A DNA stretch of 64,000 nucleotides, taken from contig JACPFC010000054.1 in the NCBI GenBank assembly GCA_016183175.1, positions 8,313 through 72,312 of the forward strand, written 5' to 3'. The translations under genes and the position numbers were made by a program. Source of the DNA: Deltaproteobacteria bacterium (GTDB lineage Bacteria; UBA10199; SBBF01). Below, one piece after another: positions 30,739 to 42,339 of the stretch. The notes below the pieces were generated by a model. The model did not search any database and was not told the DNA's origin. It saw only the letters and a list, made by a program, of their open reading frames with translations. Within the stretch, counting starts at the first letter, position 1. Every line of letters starts with the position of its first letter.

Positions 30739-30810
30739 TGGCAGGGGGCGGATTTGAACCGCCGACCAAGGGCTTATGAGTCCCCTGCTCTACCACTGAG
30801 CTACCCTGCC
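30739..30810 (-). tRNA. tRNA with CAT anticodon (elongator Met or Ile2; not initiator)
   Basis: GGCAGGGTAGCTCAGTGGTAGAGCAGGGGACTCATAAGCCCTTGGTCGGCGGTTCAAATCCGCCCCCTGCCA; paired 1-72. Confidence 0.92.
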
Positions 30811-30821
30811 AATGTTGTATT

Positions 30822-31085
30822 TTACGATTTGAAAACGTCTTTATATTTGCTCATCAGTTGTTGGGAGTAATTTGCAATATCGGTCACGGTGTTTTGAATG
30901 GCGGCCATGGCGGGGTTTGCTACCTGTCTCTTTTTGGAATCCGCCAGGTATTCGTCAAAGGACTTCACCAGCGCCGAGATAAAATTCTCCCCGATCCGCT
31001 TGACGTCACCGCGGGTTAATTCCTTCCCTTTGATTTCCCCCTCGAATTTCATGTACTTTTGGAAGAGATTCTGTGGATCGGCCAT
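30822..31085 (-). CDS. Hypothetical protein
   Basis: 87 aa from MADPQ; weak SD. Confidence 0.6.
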   Translation of the reverse strand: MADPQNLFQKYMKFEGEIKGKELTRGDVKRIGENFISALVKSFDEYLADSKKRQVANPAMAAIQNTVTDIANYSQQLMSKYKDVFKS

Positions 31086-31239
31086 AGTCTCATCCATATA
31101 CCATGCAGGCCCAAAAAAGCGCCATAAAATTTGTGCGTGGTGTCTTGGCACCTCAAATGGGATAAAGCCAAAAAAGCTGTATAACTCATTGAAACAAATA
31201 TGTATAATGGGCTTGAAATCGGGAAACGATCAGCGGACA

Positions 31240-31266
31240 CAACTCTCGAAGAGACCCAGCCGATAA
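31240..31266 (+). promoter_or_regulatory. Sigma28-like promoter
   Basis: CAACT-14 nt-GCCGATAA, same architecture as 29028-29055. Confidence 0.5.
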
Positions 31267-31359
31267 CTAAACCGGGCGAGGGTTCCCGCCGAGCGCCGAC
31301 CGATAGGGAGGATAAAGCGAGGTGGGAGCGGAGCCGACAAGGATAATGAGGTAACTAAA
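31264..31359 (+). mobile_element. Family B element in an 80-bp insert flanked by 8-bp direct repeats
   Basis: TAACTAAA at 31264-31271 and 31352-31359; core 31279-31333. Confidence 0.75.
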
Positions 31360-31388
31360 TCAACTCTCGGCAAAAATAGGAGTTACTT

Positions 31389-32333
31389 ATGAGTTTGAAT
31401 AAAACGACAGGCGCGTCCAGCATTGGGACGGGGCGCGAGGATCCGCTGATAAAGATCAAGGCGGAACAGGCCGAAAAGGCCAAAAAAGATGCCGAGATGA
31501 TTCAGGAGCAGGCGCAAGATGAGAGCAAGCTGGCGGGAGAGATAGGAACGACCTCGGCCGCGGTTGGAAAAGGGAGCAAGGTTGTTGGAAAAGAATTGGC
31601 CAAACATGCCGCCAACAAGGCCGCGGAAAAGGCGGTTGAAGGGTCTATAAAAACGGGTTTGGAAAAGGGCATCGAGGCGGGAGCCGAACAATATTCAACC
31701 AGCGCCTTGGGAACTCTTGAATCGGCCCATACAGCCGATGCCGGATTTTTCAGCGCGACCGGCGCCATTGGCGAGGGAGGTGCACTTGGGACTGATTTGG
31801 GAAGCGGGGCCACTGGTTTTACCGGTTTTACTTTAGAAGGCGCAGGTGGTCTGACAGGAGGCACTGCTGTCGGCGCAGGGGCCGAAGCAACTGGTGCCGC
31901 GGTTGCCGGAGAAGCGGTCGCCGCAAGTGGTTTGGCGGGTGAAGGTGCAGTTGCCGGAACGAGCGGCTTTTTTGCCGCGGAAACCGCTCTTGGCACCGGT
32001 GGGGCTCTTACAGGTACCGCCGCAACTGCAACGGGTGCGGCGGCAGGTGGCACCGCTGTTGCGGGCGCCGCCACGGGTGCAACTGCAGGTACTGCTGTAA
32101 CTGCCGGGACAGCCGGCGCCGCAGGGACTGTCGCGGCCGGATCGGGAGCGGCGGCAACGGTGCCGGTTGTCGGCTGGGTCGTGGCCGGCGTCGGACTTGC
32201 GGTTGCGGCAGGACTGGCTATTTCAGCGGCCTCAAAATCAGGGGACGCCGGTCAAACTGTCAAGACGGGGATAGATACTATGAACACCGGCGCCGCGCAA
32301 TGGAAAGACCGGCCTTGGGGAGGCAAATCATAG
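31389..32333 (+). CDS. Hypothetical Gly/Ala/Thr-rich protein with C-terminal hydrophobic helix
   Basis: SD AGGAG; no Sec signal; VPVVGWVVAGVGLAVAAGLAISAA. Confidence 0.75.
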   Translation: MSLNKTTGASSIGTGREDPLIKIKAEQAEKAKKDAEMIQEQAQDESKLAGEIGTTSAAVGKGSKVVGKELAKHAANKAAEKAVEGSIKTGLEKGIEAGAEQYSTSALGTLESAHTADAGFFSATGAIGEGGALGTDLGSGATGFTGFTLEGAGGLTGGTAVGAGAEATGAAVAGEAVAASGLAGEGAVAGTSGFFAAETALGTGGALTGTAATATGAAAGGTAVAGAATGATAGTAVTAGTAGAAGTVAAGSGAAATVPVVGWVVAGVGLAVAAGLAISAASKSGDAGQTVKTGIDTMNTGAAQWKDRPWGGKS

Positions 32334-32404
32334 CCAGACCAATGTGGGAAAGTGGGATAGAGGGCTTGACTCTTTCCCTCCGCTATCCTAGCATCAAAAG
32401 GAGC

Positions 32405-32680
32405 ATGAAAACCGCCGAACTTCTGCAGATGGACGCCAAAGGGAGAGTCACGCTTCCTCAAAAAGTCAGAGGCCGGTCAAAAGGGTATTTTACCTACGAG
32501 GTTGACTCAAGAGGGGTTATTCGTCTGATTCCCGTTGTGGGGGTGATCCGGGCCGATCAGGCCTGGTTTTGGACCAAACGATGGCAGGCAGGAGAAAAAG
32601 CGGCGTCGGAGGATATAAGAAAAGGGCGTGTGACACGGGTCGTCTTTAAAGATCTTAAAAAATTTCTCAAGACCCTCTGA
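32405..32680 (+). CDS. AbrB/MazE-like antitoxin
   Basis: MDAKGRVTLP, DQAWFWTKRWQAGE..EDI..GR; promoter TTGACT-17-TAGCAT. Confidence 0.85.
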   Translation: MKTAELLQMDAKGRVTLPQKVRGRSKGYFTYEVDSRGVIRLIPVVGVIRADQAWFWTKRWQAGEKAASEDIRKGRVTRVVFKDLKKFLKTL

Positions 32681-32970
32681 TGCCTTTTAACTTTCAATTT
32701 ACCAACCGGTTTAAAAAACAATTCCAGGGGTTGCCTTCCGAGGTGCAAAAGGCGGCTCAAAAGACAATCCGATACCTTGGGTTGAATCCCCGTCATCCTT
32801 CCCTTCAAACCCACAAAGTTCATGGTGTCCTTTCAGGGTTAAAATCCATTGAGATATTTGAGACCTATGTAACGATGAAATACAGACTCACCTGGGAATA
32901 TGGCCCCGAACAGAATATGATCACCCTGCGTAATATTGACAACCATGATGAATGTCTAAAAAACCCGTGA
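32680..32970 (+). CDS. RelE/ParE-superfamily toxin
   Basis: FTNRFKKQF, NPRHPSLQTHK, YRLTW, LRNIDNHD. Confidence 0.8.
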   Translation: MPFNFQFTNRFKKQFQGLPSEVQKAAQKTIRYLGLNPRHPSLQTHKVHGVLSGLKSIEIFETYVTMKYRLTWEYGPEQNMITLRNIDNHDECLKNP

Positions 32971-34289
32971 AACCCCTCGTCGCCATTGTCGGCCGGCCGA
33001 ACGTCGGCAAGTCCACTCTTTTTAACCGCTTCGTCGGCAAGCGGCAGGCCCTGGTTCAAGATGTGCCGGGGATCACCCGCGACCGGCATTATGCCGAGGC
33101 GGAATGGGACGGGACCACGTTTCGTCTTGTCGACACCGGCGGACTGGAATTTGAAACAACCGACCGGCTCCAGAAAAAAATGTCCGATCAGGCGTTCAAA
33201 GGAATTGAAGAGGCCGATTGCATTATCTGTGTTGTTGACGGCAAGGTCGGCGTCACCACCCTCGACCGTGAATGGGTGGAAAAAATCCGCAAGATCAACA
33301 AGCCGAAGTTTTTTGTCGTGAACAAGATCGACTCAGCCAAAGACGAGGCCCTGTTGGCCGATTTTTACCCCCTCGGCATGGACCCGATGTTTCCTGTGTC
33401 AGCGGAGACTTCGCGGGGCGTTTCGGATTTGTTGGATCGGGTGGTATCAATTTTGAAAATAACTCCCCCTGCACCCCCTCTTAATTTAAGAGGGGGAGGG
33501 GGGGAGTTATTACAAATAGCAATAATCGGCCGCCCGAACGTCGGCAAATCCACGCTCTTAAACCGCCTCCTCGGAGAAGAGCGGGCCATCGTGGACGAAA
33601 CACCGGGGACTACCCGCGACCCGATTAATACCTATCTGTCCTATCAAAATCGTCCTGTTTGTCTTATCGACACCGCCGGCATCCGGAAAAAGGGGAGAAC
33701 GGATACCGCTATCGAAAAATTTTCCATCGTCAAAAGTTTAAAGACAATCGAAAAGGCCGATGTGACGTTTCTTCTTGTGGACGGCAACGAGGGGGTCACC
33801 GATCAGGACACGCATGTGGCCGGTTCGGCCTACGAAAAAGACAAACCGATCATTCTCATTGTCAACAAGTGGGACGAGGGACAGAAAAAAACGGGCCGTG
33901 ACTCCTTTCTGGATCAACTCCAAAGGAAGTTTCATTTCAGCCTTTACAGCCCCGTTTTGTTTGTCTCGGCAAAAACAGGTTCAAAAACCGAAAAAATATT
34001 CCCGACCGCCCTTCGGATTTACGAGCAGTATCAAAGGCGCGTCCCCACCGCTGAGCTGAACAAGGCGTTTGGCCGAATTATTGAAAAACATCCCCTGCCG
34101 GTGTATCGCGGACGAAACATCAAAATCTATTATGCAACACAAACGGGAATCGCCCCTCCGACGTTTGTTGTCTTTTCCAACGAACCGGGTAAAATCCACT
34201 TTTCGTACGAACGCTATCTGAACAATGCCCTCAGGGAGTCGTTCGGGTTTACGGAGGTGCCGGTCAAGATTGTTTTCAGGAAAAAATGA
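32952..34289 (+). CDS. der: Ribosome biogenesis GTPase Der
   Basis: Two GRPNVGKS G-domains plus KH-like tail. Confidence 0.97.
   Translation: MSKKPVKPLVAIVGRPNVGKSTLFNRFVGKRQALVQDVPGITRDRHYAEAEWDGTTFRLVDTGGLEFETTDRLQKKMSDQAFKGIEEADCIICVVDGKVGVTTLDREWVEKIRKINKPKFFVVNKIDSAKDEALLADFYPLGMDPMFPVSAETSRGVSDLLDRVVSILKITPPAPPLNLRGGGGELLQIAIIGRPNVGKSTLLNRLLGEERAIVDETPGTTRDPINTYLSYQNRPVCLIDTAGIRKKGRTDTAIEKFSIVKSLKTIEKADVTFLLVDGNEGVTDQDTHVAGSAYEKDKPIILIVNKWDEGQKKTGRDSFLDQLQRKFHFSLYSPVLFVSAKTGSKTEKIFPTALRIYEQYQRRVPTAELNKAFGRIIEKHPLPVYRGRNIKIYYATQTGIAPPTFVVFSNEPGKIHFSYERYLNNALRESFGFTEVPVKIVFRKK
33458..33511. repeat. Family E nested C/G palindrome, in frame within der
   Basis: AATAACTCCCCC-TGCA-CCCCCTCTTAATTTAAGAGGGGG-AGGGGGGGAGTTATT encodes [18 protein letters not shown]. 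Confidence 0.8.
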
Positions 34290-35086
34290 AACATCTCATC
34301 TCCAACCTCAAGCACATCGCCACCCAGTACCACAAACTCGACTGCTTCAACCTGTCCGCGGCGCTTTCGTTTTACGCCATTTTGTCCATCCTGCCGATTC
34401 TGCTTATCGTCATCTCGCTCGTCGGTCACTACATCGGCCAGTCGGATGTCCTTCTCGACAAAACGGGGGGGCTGATTGAAGCCGTCGTCCCGTCGCTCAA
34501 GGAGGGGCTGGTCAACAATCTGCAAACGGTCATAAAGGCGCGCACCCAGTCCGGCTGGTTCGGCATCCTGCTTCTCTTTTTTGTGGCCCATTTCATGTTC
34601 GCCAACCTGGAGCACACGATCAACCGCCTTCTCCACGCAAAGGAGAAACGCCACTTTCTCATCACCCGCCTTTTGTTTCTGGTCTGGCTGATGGGGATAT
34701 CCTTTCTTCTGATGGTGCCGTCGCTCGTCAATCTGGCGCAGGCTTTGGTTGAAAAATGGGGCTTTACCCTGGAATTCTCCCGGATCTTCCGCGGCAACGA
34801 GTGGTTTTTTGTCTCCTCGGTTCTTTCGTTTGTGATGATGATCCTTCTGGTGCCGACGCAAAAGATTCCCTTCAGGGACGCGCTGACGGGAGGGCTGATT
34901 TTCGCCGTCCTCCTGCAGATTGCCCGGTGGGGTTTCAGGCTCTACACGCCCGTCTACTTCCACCGGTACAATCTCATCTACGGATCGCTGACCACCCTCA
35001 TTGTCGGGGCGATCTGGATTTTTTATTTTTCGAATATTCTGCTGTTGTGCGTTCTGTGGGTGGGGGAGAGGCAGAAAAGAGTATAA
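34286..35086 (+). CDS. YihY/BrkB family membrane protein
   Basis: SAALSFYAILSILP, YNLIYGSL..IVGAIWIF. Confidence 0.9.
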   Translation: MKHLISNLKHIATQYHKLDCFNLSAALSFYAILSILPILLIVISLVGHYIGQSDVLLDKTGGLIEAVVPSLKEGLVNNLQTVIKARTQSGWFGILLLFFVAHFMFANLEHTINRLLHAKEKRHFLITRLLFLVWLMGISFLLMVPSLVNLAQALVEKWGFTLEFSRIFRGNEWFFVSSVLSFVMMILLVPTQKIPFRDALTGGLIFAVLLQIARWGFRLYTPVYFHRYNLIYGSLTTLIVGAIWIFYFSNILLLCVLWVGERQKRV

Positions 35087-35254
35087 CAATTCACTCTCGG
35101 TGTCTGCTTTCAGTTCCATCGGAACTCGCGGTCTATTTAATCGCCACTTCAGTTGTTGATTGCGGCTTGGTTTGCTCCGGTTGGCGATGGACATTGAGGC
35201 GCGCTCAAACAGCCGATGGAACCTCAAGGCATCTATCCGAGACTGAATTGTTAT
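35083..35254 (+). mobile_element. 172-bp element, copy 2
   Basis: ATAACAATTCACTCTCGG / CCGAGACTGAATTGTTAT; ends contain stop codons of both convergent genes. Confidence 0.9.
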
Positions 35255-37335
35255 GATTCTTTTTCTTTTTTCCTCTCCTGAATTACCTTCTGCGCGATCG
35301 GCGACGGCGCCTCTTCGAAGGTATCGTGATGCATCGTAAAAATCCCTTTTCCCTGCGTGATCCCTTTGAGCATATTGTCGTAAACCAGCATCTCGGACAG
35401 CGGAACCCTGGCGCGGACGATCTGCGCGTTTGCCTTGGGTTCGACGCCCGCCACCTTCCCGCGGCGGCTGTTCAAGTCCTGAATGATCGCCCCCAGTGAA
35501 TCGGTGGGAACGGTGATCTTTACATCCATGATCGGCTCCAGAAGAATGGGACGCGCTTGTTCCATGCACTTTCTGAAGGCCATGGCGCCGGCGATTTTGA
35601 AGGCGATATCCGATGAATCGACCGTGTGATACGACCCGTCGTAGAGGGAGGCCTTCACATCCACGACCGGATATCCGGCGACAATTCCATCCTGCATCGC
35701 CTCGACAATCCCCTTTTCCACGGAGGGGATGAAATTTTTGGGAATCATGCCGCCGACGATGTTGTTTGCGAATTCAAACCCGCCTCCTCGGGGGAGGGGA
35801 GAGAGTTCAATCCAGCAGTCGCCGTACTGGCCGTGGCCCCCCGACTGTTTTTTGTACTTCCCTTGAGCCTTGGAGGAGGCCTTGATCGTTTCCTTGTAGG
35901 GGACATGGGGCACCGCCAGCTCGATGTCCACCTCGTATTTGCGCTTGAGCCGCTCCTTGACGATCTCCAGATGAAACTGCCCCATGCCGCAGAGGAGAAG
36001 TTCATGTGTCTCGGTGTCGCGGTGATATTCGATATTCGGGTCCTCCTCCATGACCTTGTGAAGCGCCTCCATCACTTTTTCCTCGCTGGATCGGTCCTTG
36101 GCTTTGAGCGAACAGAAGATCAGCCGGTCGGGACGCGCAACCGGGGGATAGACGATGGGTTCGGTTAAGGAGGAAACGGTGTCGCAGGTTTCGAGAAAAT
36201 CGACCTTCTCAAGGGCGACAATCTGGCCGGCGGAGGCCCTGGAGATTTTTTTGAGCTTGCGCCCCAGCGGTTTGGCCAGATGGGCGGTTTTCACCTGCTT
36301 TTCCCGGTTGGAAATATAGAGGGAATCGCCCAGCGACAGGGTTCCCGAAACCAGCCTCACGAAATTGACCTTTCCGGAAAAATGATCGACGGTGGTTTTA
36401 AACACAAAACCGGAAAGGGGCGAGGAGTCCGCGACAAGCCTTTTGGCCTCCGTTTTCCGGTCGGTCCGCGTCCCTTCCCACTCTTTTTTAAAGAGGTCCG
36501 GGGACGGCAAATATTCGCCGATGGCGTTAAGCAGGGGATTTAGCCCGATGTTTAACGCGGCGCTTCCGGCAAAGACGGGGATAATCTGCTTGTGGATAAC
36601 CGCAGACCTCAACAGGGGGAGGAGTTTTTCAAAGGGGATGTCCTGTCCGTCGAGATAGGCGTTCATCAGCTCTTCGTTGGTCTCGATGATCGCCTCCTTT
36701 AACTTGTCGTGGCAGGCTTGCGCCTCGGAGATGCATTCATCGGGGATTGGCCCCTCCTGATATTTTCCGTTTTTTTCGGGGGAATACTTCAAGGCCTTCA
36801 TCTTCACGATGTCGATCACGCCGTGCAGTTTTTCCTCGGCCCCCAAAGGGATGGTGAGGCAGACCGGGCGGATTTCCAGATCCTGCTCGATGGACGAGAG
36901 GGCGTTGACGAAACTGGCCTTTTCGCGGTCGAGTTTGTTGACAAAAATAAACCGGGGGAGTTCCAGTTCGCCCAGGGCCTCCCAGTATTCCATCGAGGTT
37001 TCCTTTACCCCCGAAAGGGCGCTGACAATCAGAATGGCGGAATCGGAGGCCTTGAGGGCATAGCGGGTGTCGGCCATGAAATTGATATAGCCGGGGGTGT
37101 CGATAAAATTAATTTCGCGGTCGTTGAAGGAAAAATTATAGATCTGCGGGCTCAACGTCATCTGGCGCGATTTTTCCTCGGGGTCTTCATCCAGCGGGCA
37201 GGGGCGGGCTCCCATGGCGCTGAAGGTATCCAGCGCCCTCGCGTTAAAAAGGAGGGCCTCGGTCAAAAGGGTCTTTCCGGCGCCGTGATGGGCCACCACG
37301 GCGAGATTTCGGATATTGGATAAAACTTCCACCAT
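35251..37335 (-). CDS. Elongation factor G-like paralog
   Basis: IRNLAVVAHHGAGKT, DTPGY, NKLD, KQSGGHGQYG, DGSYHTVDSS; divergent G2 region. Confidence 0.9.
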   Translation of the reverse strand: MVEVLSNIRNLAVVAHHGAGKTLLTEALLFNARALDTFSAMGARPCPLDEDPEEKSRQMTLSPQIYNFSFNDREINFIDTPGYINFMADTRYALKASDSAILIVSALSGVKETSMEYWEALGELELPRFIFVNKLDREKASFVNALSSIEQDLEIRPVCLTIPLGAEEKLHGVIDIVKMKALKYSPEKNGKYQEGPIPDECISEAQACHDKLKEAIIETNEELMNAYLDGQDIPFEKLLPLLRSAVIHKQIIPVFAGSAALNIGLNPLLNAIGEYLPSPDLFKKEWEGTRTDRKTEAKRLVADSSPLSGFVFKTTVDHFSGKVNFVRLVSGTLSLGDSLYISNREKQVKTAHLAKPLGRKLKKISRASAGQIVALEKVDFLETCDTVSSLTEPIVYPPVARPDRLIFCSLKAKDRSSEEKVMEALHKVMEEDPNIEYHRDTETHELLLCGMGQFHLEIVKERLKRKYEVDIELAVPHVPYKETIKASSKAQGKYKKQSGGHGQYGDCWIELSPLPRGGGFEFANNIVGGMIPKNFIPSVEKGIVEAMQDGIVAGYPVVDVKASLYDGSYHTVDSSDIAFKIAGAMAFRKCMEQARPILLEPIMDVKITVPTDSLGAIIQDLNSRRGKVAGVEPKANAQIVRARVPLSEMLVYDNMLKGITQGKGIFTMHHDTFEEAPSPIAQKVIQERKKEKES

Positions 37336-37445
37336 GAGGTTGCTCTCCGGCCCTTTTTTCTCTATCAACCGGTTTCGTTTGTGGCAAGAAAATTGAGATT
37401 TCTTCCTTTCCTGTTTTTCTATAAGATCAAGGAGGGAGGTTTTTC

Positions 37446-38585
37446 ATGGAAAAAACAGACCGCCGCCGGGCAAGCGACGAGCAGGTCCGGGTGATTATCG
37501 AGAACGCCCTGGATGCCGTGGTCGTGATGAACAGCAACGGTCTTATCACCTCCTGGAACCCGCAGGCCGAAAAGATCTTCGGGTGGACAAAAGAAGAGGC
37601 CATCGGCCGCCGCATGTCGGAGACGATCATCCCTCCCCATTACCGCGAGGCCCACGAACGGGGCTTAAAACACTTCCTCAAAACCGGCGAGGGACCGGCG
37701 CTCAACAAACGGCTGGAACTGACCGCCATCCACAGAAGCGGCCGGGAGTTTCCGGTGGAATTGACCGTTTCACCCACAAAACTGGGAGAGACCTGGATTT
37801 TCAGCGCCTTTATCCGCGATATTACGGAAAGGAAAAAGGCCGAAGAGGACCTTAAAAAAACCAACGAGGAGCTTTGGCGCTTGAACGAAAACCGGGCCGC
37901 ATTCACCTCGATTGTCTCCCATGAACTTCGGACCCCTTTGCAGTCGATCAAGGAGGGGATCGATATTGTCCTGGACGGCATCGATGGACCGGTCACGGGC
38001 CGGCAAAAAGAAACCCTCGGCATTTCGAAGAGCAATGTGGACCGGTTGGCCCGGTTGATCGACAATGTTCTTGATTATTCGAAGTACGAGGCGGGAAAGA
38101 TGAAAATGGAATTGATGAAGGCCGACCTGAACAAACTGGTTGAAGAGGTTTACCGGCTGATGAAACTGGAGGTAGGCAGGAAGGGGGTCGATTTTTTCAT
38201 CGAACTCCCCGCGGAACCCGTTTTCGCGGTGGTGGATGGCGATAAAATAAAACAGGTTCTCATCAATCTGGTCCATAACGCCGTTAAATTCACGGAGGAG
38301 GGAAAAATTTCGGTCCGTTTGAGTCAGGCCCGGGATGCGGTTTTACTTGAGGTGGAAGACACGGGGAGCGGCATCCGCAAGGAAGATCAGCCGGCTGTCT
38401 TTGACATGTATGGCCAGGCGCCGGGCACACAGGTTTTTAGGGCCGGTGGAAGCGGAATCGGACTGGCGGTGTGCAAACTGATTATCGACCAGCACGGCGG
38501 ACAAATCGGCATCGAGAGCGCGCCCCGGAAGGGAACCAAATTCACCATTACCCTCCCTCAACCCTTCAACGCCGCTCAAGGCTAG
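37446..38585 (+). CDS. PAS-domain sensor histidine kinase
   Basis: PAS/PAC, SHELRTPL, NLVHNAVKFT, DTGSGI, GSGIGL. Confidence 0.95.
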   Translation: MEKTDRRRASDEQVRVIIENALDAVVVMNSNGLITSWNPQAEKIFGWTKEEAIGRRMSETIIPPHYREAHERGLKHFLKTGEGPALNKRLELTAIHRSGREFPVELTVSPTKLGETWIFSAFIRDITERKKAEEDLKKTNEELWRLNENRAAFTSIVSHELRTPLQSIKEGIDIVLDGIDGPVTGRQKETLGISKSNVDRLARLIDNVLDYSKYEAGKMKMELMKADLNKLVEEVYRLMKLEVGRKGVDFFIELPAEPVFAVVDGDKIKQVLINLVHNAVKFTEEGKISVRLSQARDAVLLEVEDTGSGIRKEDQPAVFDMYGQAPGTQVFRAGGSGIGLAVCKLIIDQHGGQIGIESAPRKGTKFTITLPQPFNAAQG

Positions 38586-38956
38586 CGGACATAATCGTGA
38601 ACCATCGAGACAAGGGCATGGGGATCGATCGGTTTGATGATAAAACCGCTGGCCCCGTTTTCGAGGCAGTAGTCGACCAGCTCTTGTTCCTTGTGACCGC
38701 TCAAGACGATGATCGGCGGGGTCTCTTCCCCCTCCGGAAGCCATTCTTTCGCGTGCTTTAAAAAAGCGGTTCCGTCGGCATGAAGAAGCCCCAGGTCAAG
38801 AATAACCAGATTTGGTTTCGATTTTTTCAACGATTCGAGGGCCGTTTCGACAAAAGAGACGCAGGCGCACTGAAAACCGTGAAACTGAAGGCGCTTCTTC
38901 ACGAGACGCTGGACATCGGGATCATCGTCAACGATAAGGATTTGCTTCTTCTTCAT
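38582..38956 (-). CDS. Single-domain response regulator
   Basis: ILIVDDD, ILDLGL..DG, IIKP. Confidence 0.9.
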   Translation of the reverse strand: MKKKQILIVDDDPDVQRLVKKRLQFHGFQCACVSFVETALESLKKSKPNLVILDLGLLHADGTAFLKHAKEWLPEGEETPPIIVLSGHKEQELVDYCLENGASGFIIKPIDPHALVSMVHDYVR

Positions 38957-39022
38957 TCCACCCCCCATCTACCGAATACTTTATCTATTATACATGATAG
39001 CAAACAAAACTTGCAATAGACA

Positions 39023-39415
39023 CTACCTCTTCAAATTGATTGTTTTTCCATCCAGGACTTTTTTGACGAGATTGAGCAGATCGCGGGGGTTGTAGGGCTT
39101 TTTGACAAAACCATCCGCGCCGAGGTTATACACGCAATCGTCCCTTTTAGAAACATGCGCCGAGAAAAAGAGGATTGGAAGCCCTTTTAGCTCCCTGTTT
39201 TCCCTCAACTTTTTGAATATTTCAAGACCCGATGCATCCGGGAGCCAGATATCCAAAAGGACCAGGTCGGGTCTTTTGCGGCAGATAAATTCATAAGCCC
39301 CTTTGCCTTCCAGGTACGATATGACGTCGAAGCCGCCGGCCCGCAAGCGCTTTGCGGTCAGGTGGACCAGGTCGCGTTCGTCGTCAATAATGGCGATTTT
39401 TGGAAGAGCCGGCAT
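39023..39415 (-). CDS. Single-domain response regulator
   Basis: IIDDE, PDLVLLDIWLP, FVKKP. Confidence 0.9.
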   Translation of the reverse strand: MPALPKIAIIDDERDLVHLTAKRLRAGGFDVISYLEGKGAYEFICRKRPDLVLLDIWLPDASGLEIFKKLRENRELKGLPILFFSAHVSKRDDCVYNLGADGFVKKPYNPRDLLNLVKKVLDGKTINLKR

Positions 39416-39460
39416 TGGACAATATATTATCCCAATTTATCATTTGTCTGCAACCGGTGA

Positions 39461-41518
<2,058 letters not shown>

Positions 41519-41562
41519 AGGGTTTTCCTTGTCTTGACGAATAACGGACCAGGGAATATAGG

Positions 41563-42339
41563 TTGGGCGTGGACTTCACTTGGCTGAAAAATCTTCTCGC
41601 AACCGGAAAACAGGAGGCGAATCCGCCGGGCATGAACAGGGCGGAAGAGGTCTGCGTTTTTCCGCTCCCCAATGTCGTCCTTATCCCCGGCAATATCCTG
41701 CCGCTCCACATCTTTGAGGAACGCTACAAGCAGATGACCGAGGATCTGCTTCAATCCAACATCTCTCTCGCCATGAGCCTCACGGTCCCGTCGGCCCAGG
41801 GAAAAATGAAAAACAGCGCCATCTGCGGCGGAGGAACGGTGAGGGTGATGGATGAATTTCCCGACGGGCGCAAGAATATTTTTGTCGAGGGATTAAAAAG
41901 GCTGAAAATCGTCAAATACGTTCAGGAATCCCCCTATCTCAAGGCCCTGGCGGAAACGATCCCCGACATCCCGTTTGCCTCCCCGGCCGAGGAAAAAAAA
42001 TATCTTGTGGAGTTGGGCCAACAGACCAAACGGTGGATTTTTCTCTCGCGCGATCTGCCGGACAGGTACATCCCGTATGTGGATTTGTTCACCAAGCCGC
42101 ACCTTCTGGCGGATGTTATCGGGTTCCACTTCCTCCCTGGAAGCTCCGAAAAGCAGAAGCTCCTCGAAACAACGGATCAAAAAAAACGGGTGGAAAAGAT
42201 CATCTTTTTTGTCGAAGGAAACATCCGCCGGCTGGAGGGGATCGGGTCGAAGGCACTCGGTGCCGGGGCGCTTGGCGCCGGGGCGCCCGGCGCCGGGGCG
42301 ATGGATGACCTGAAATCGGATGGAAAAATCCTTCATTAA
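41563..42339 (+). CDS. LON peptidase substrate-binding domain protein
   Basis: VFPLPNVVLIPG..LPLHIFEERY; start uncertain. Confidence 0.88.
   Translation: MGVDFTWLKNLLATGKQEANPPGMNRAEEVCVFPLPNVVLIPGNILPLHIFEERYKQMTEDLLQSNISLAMSLTVPSAQGKMKNSAICGGGTVRVMDEFPDGRKNIFVEGLKRLKIVKYVQESPYLKALAETIPDIPFASPAEEKKYLVELGQQTKRWIFLSRDLPDRYIPYVDLFTKPHLLADVIGFHFLPGSSEKQKLLETTDQKKRVEKIIFFVEGNIRRLEGIGSKALGAGALGAGAPGAGAMDDLKSDGKILH

Noticed and set aside
27466..32970. Prophage or integrative island at the CAT tRNA
   Set aside because: No integrase, phage genes or duplicated tRNA 3' end seen
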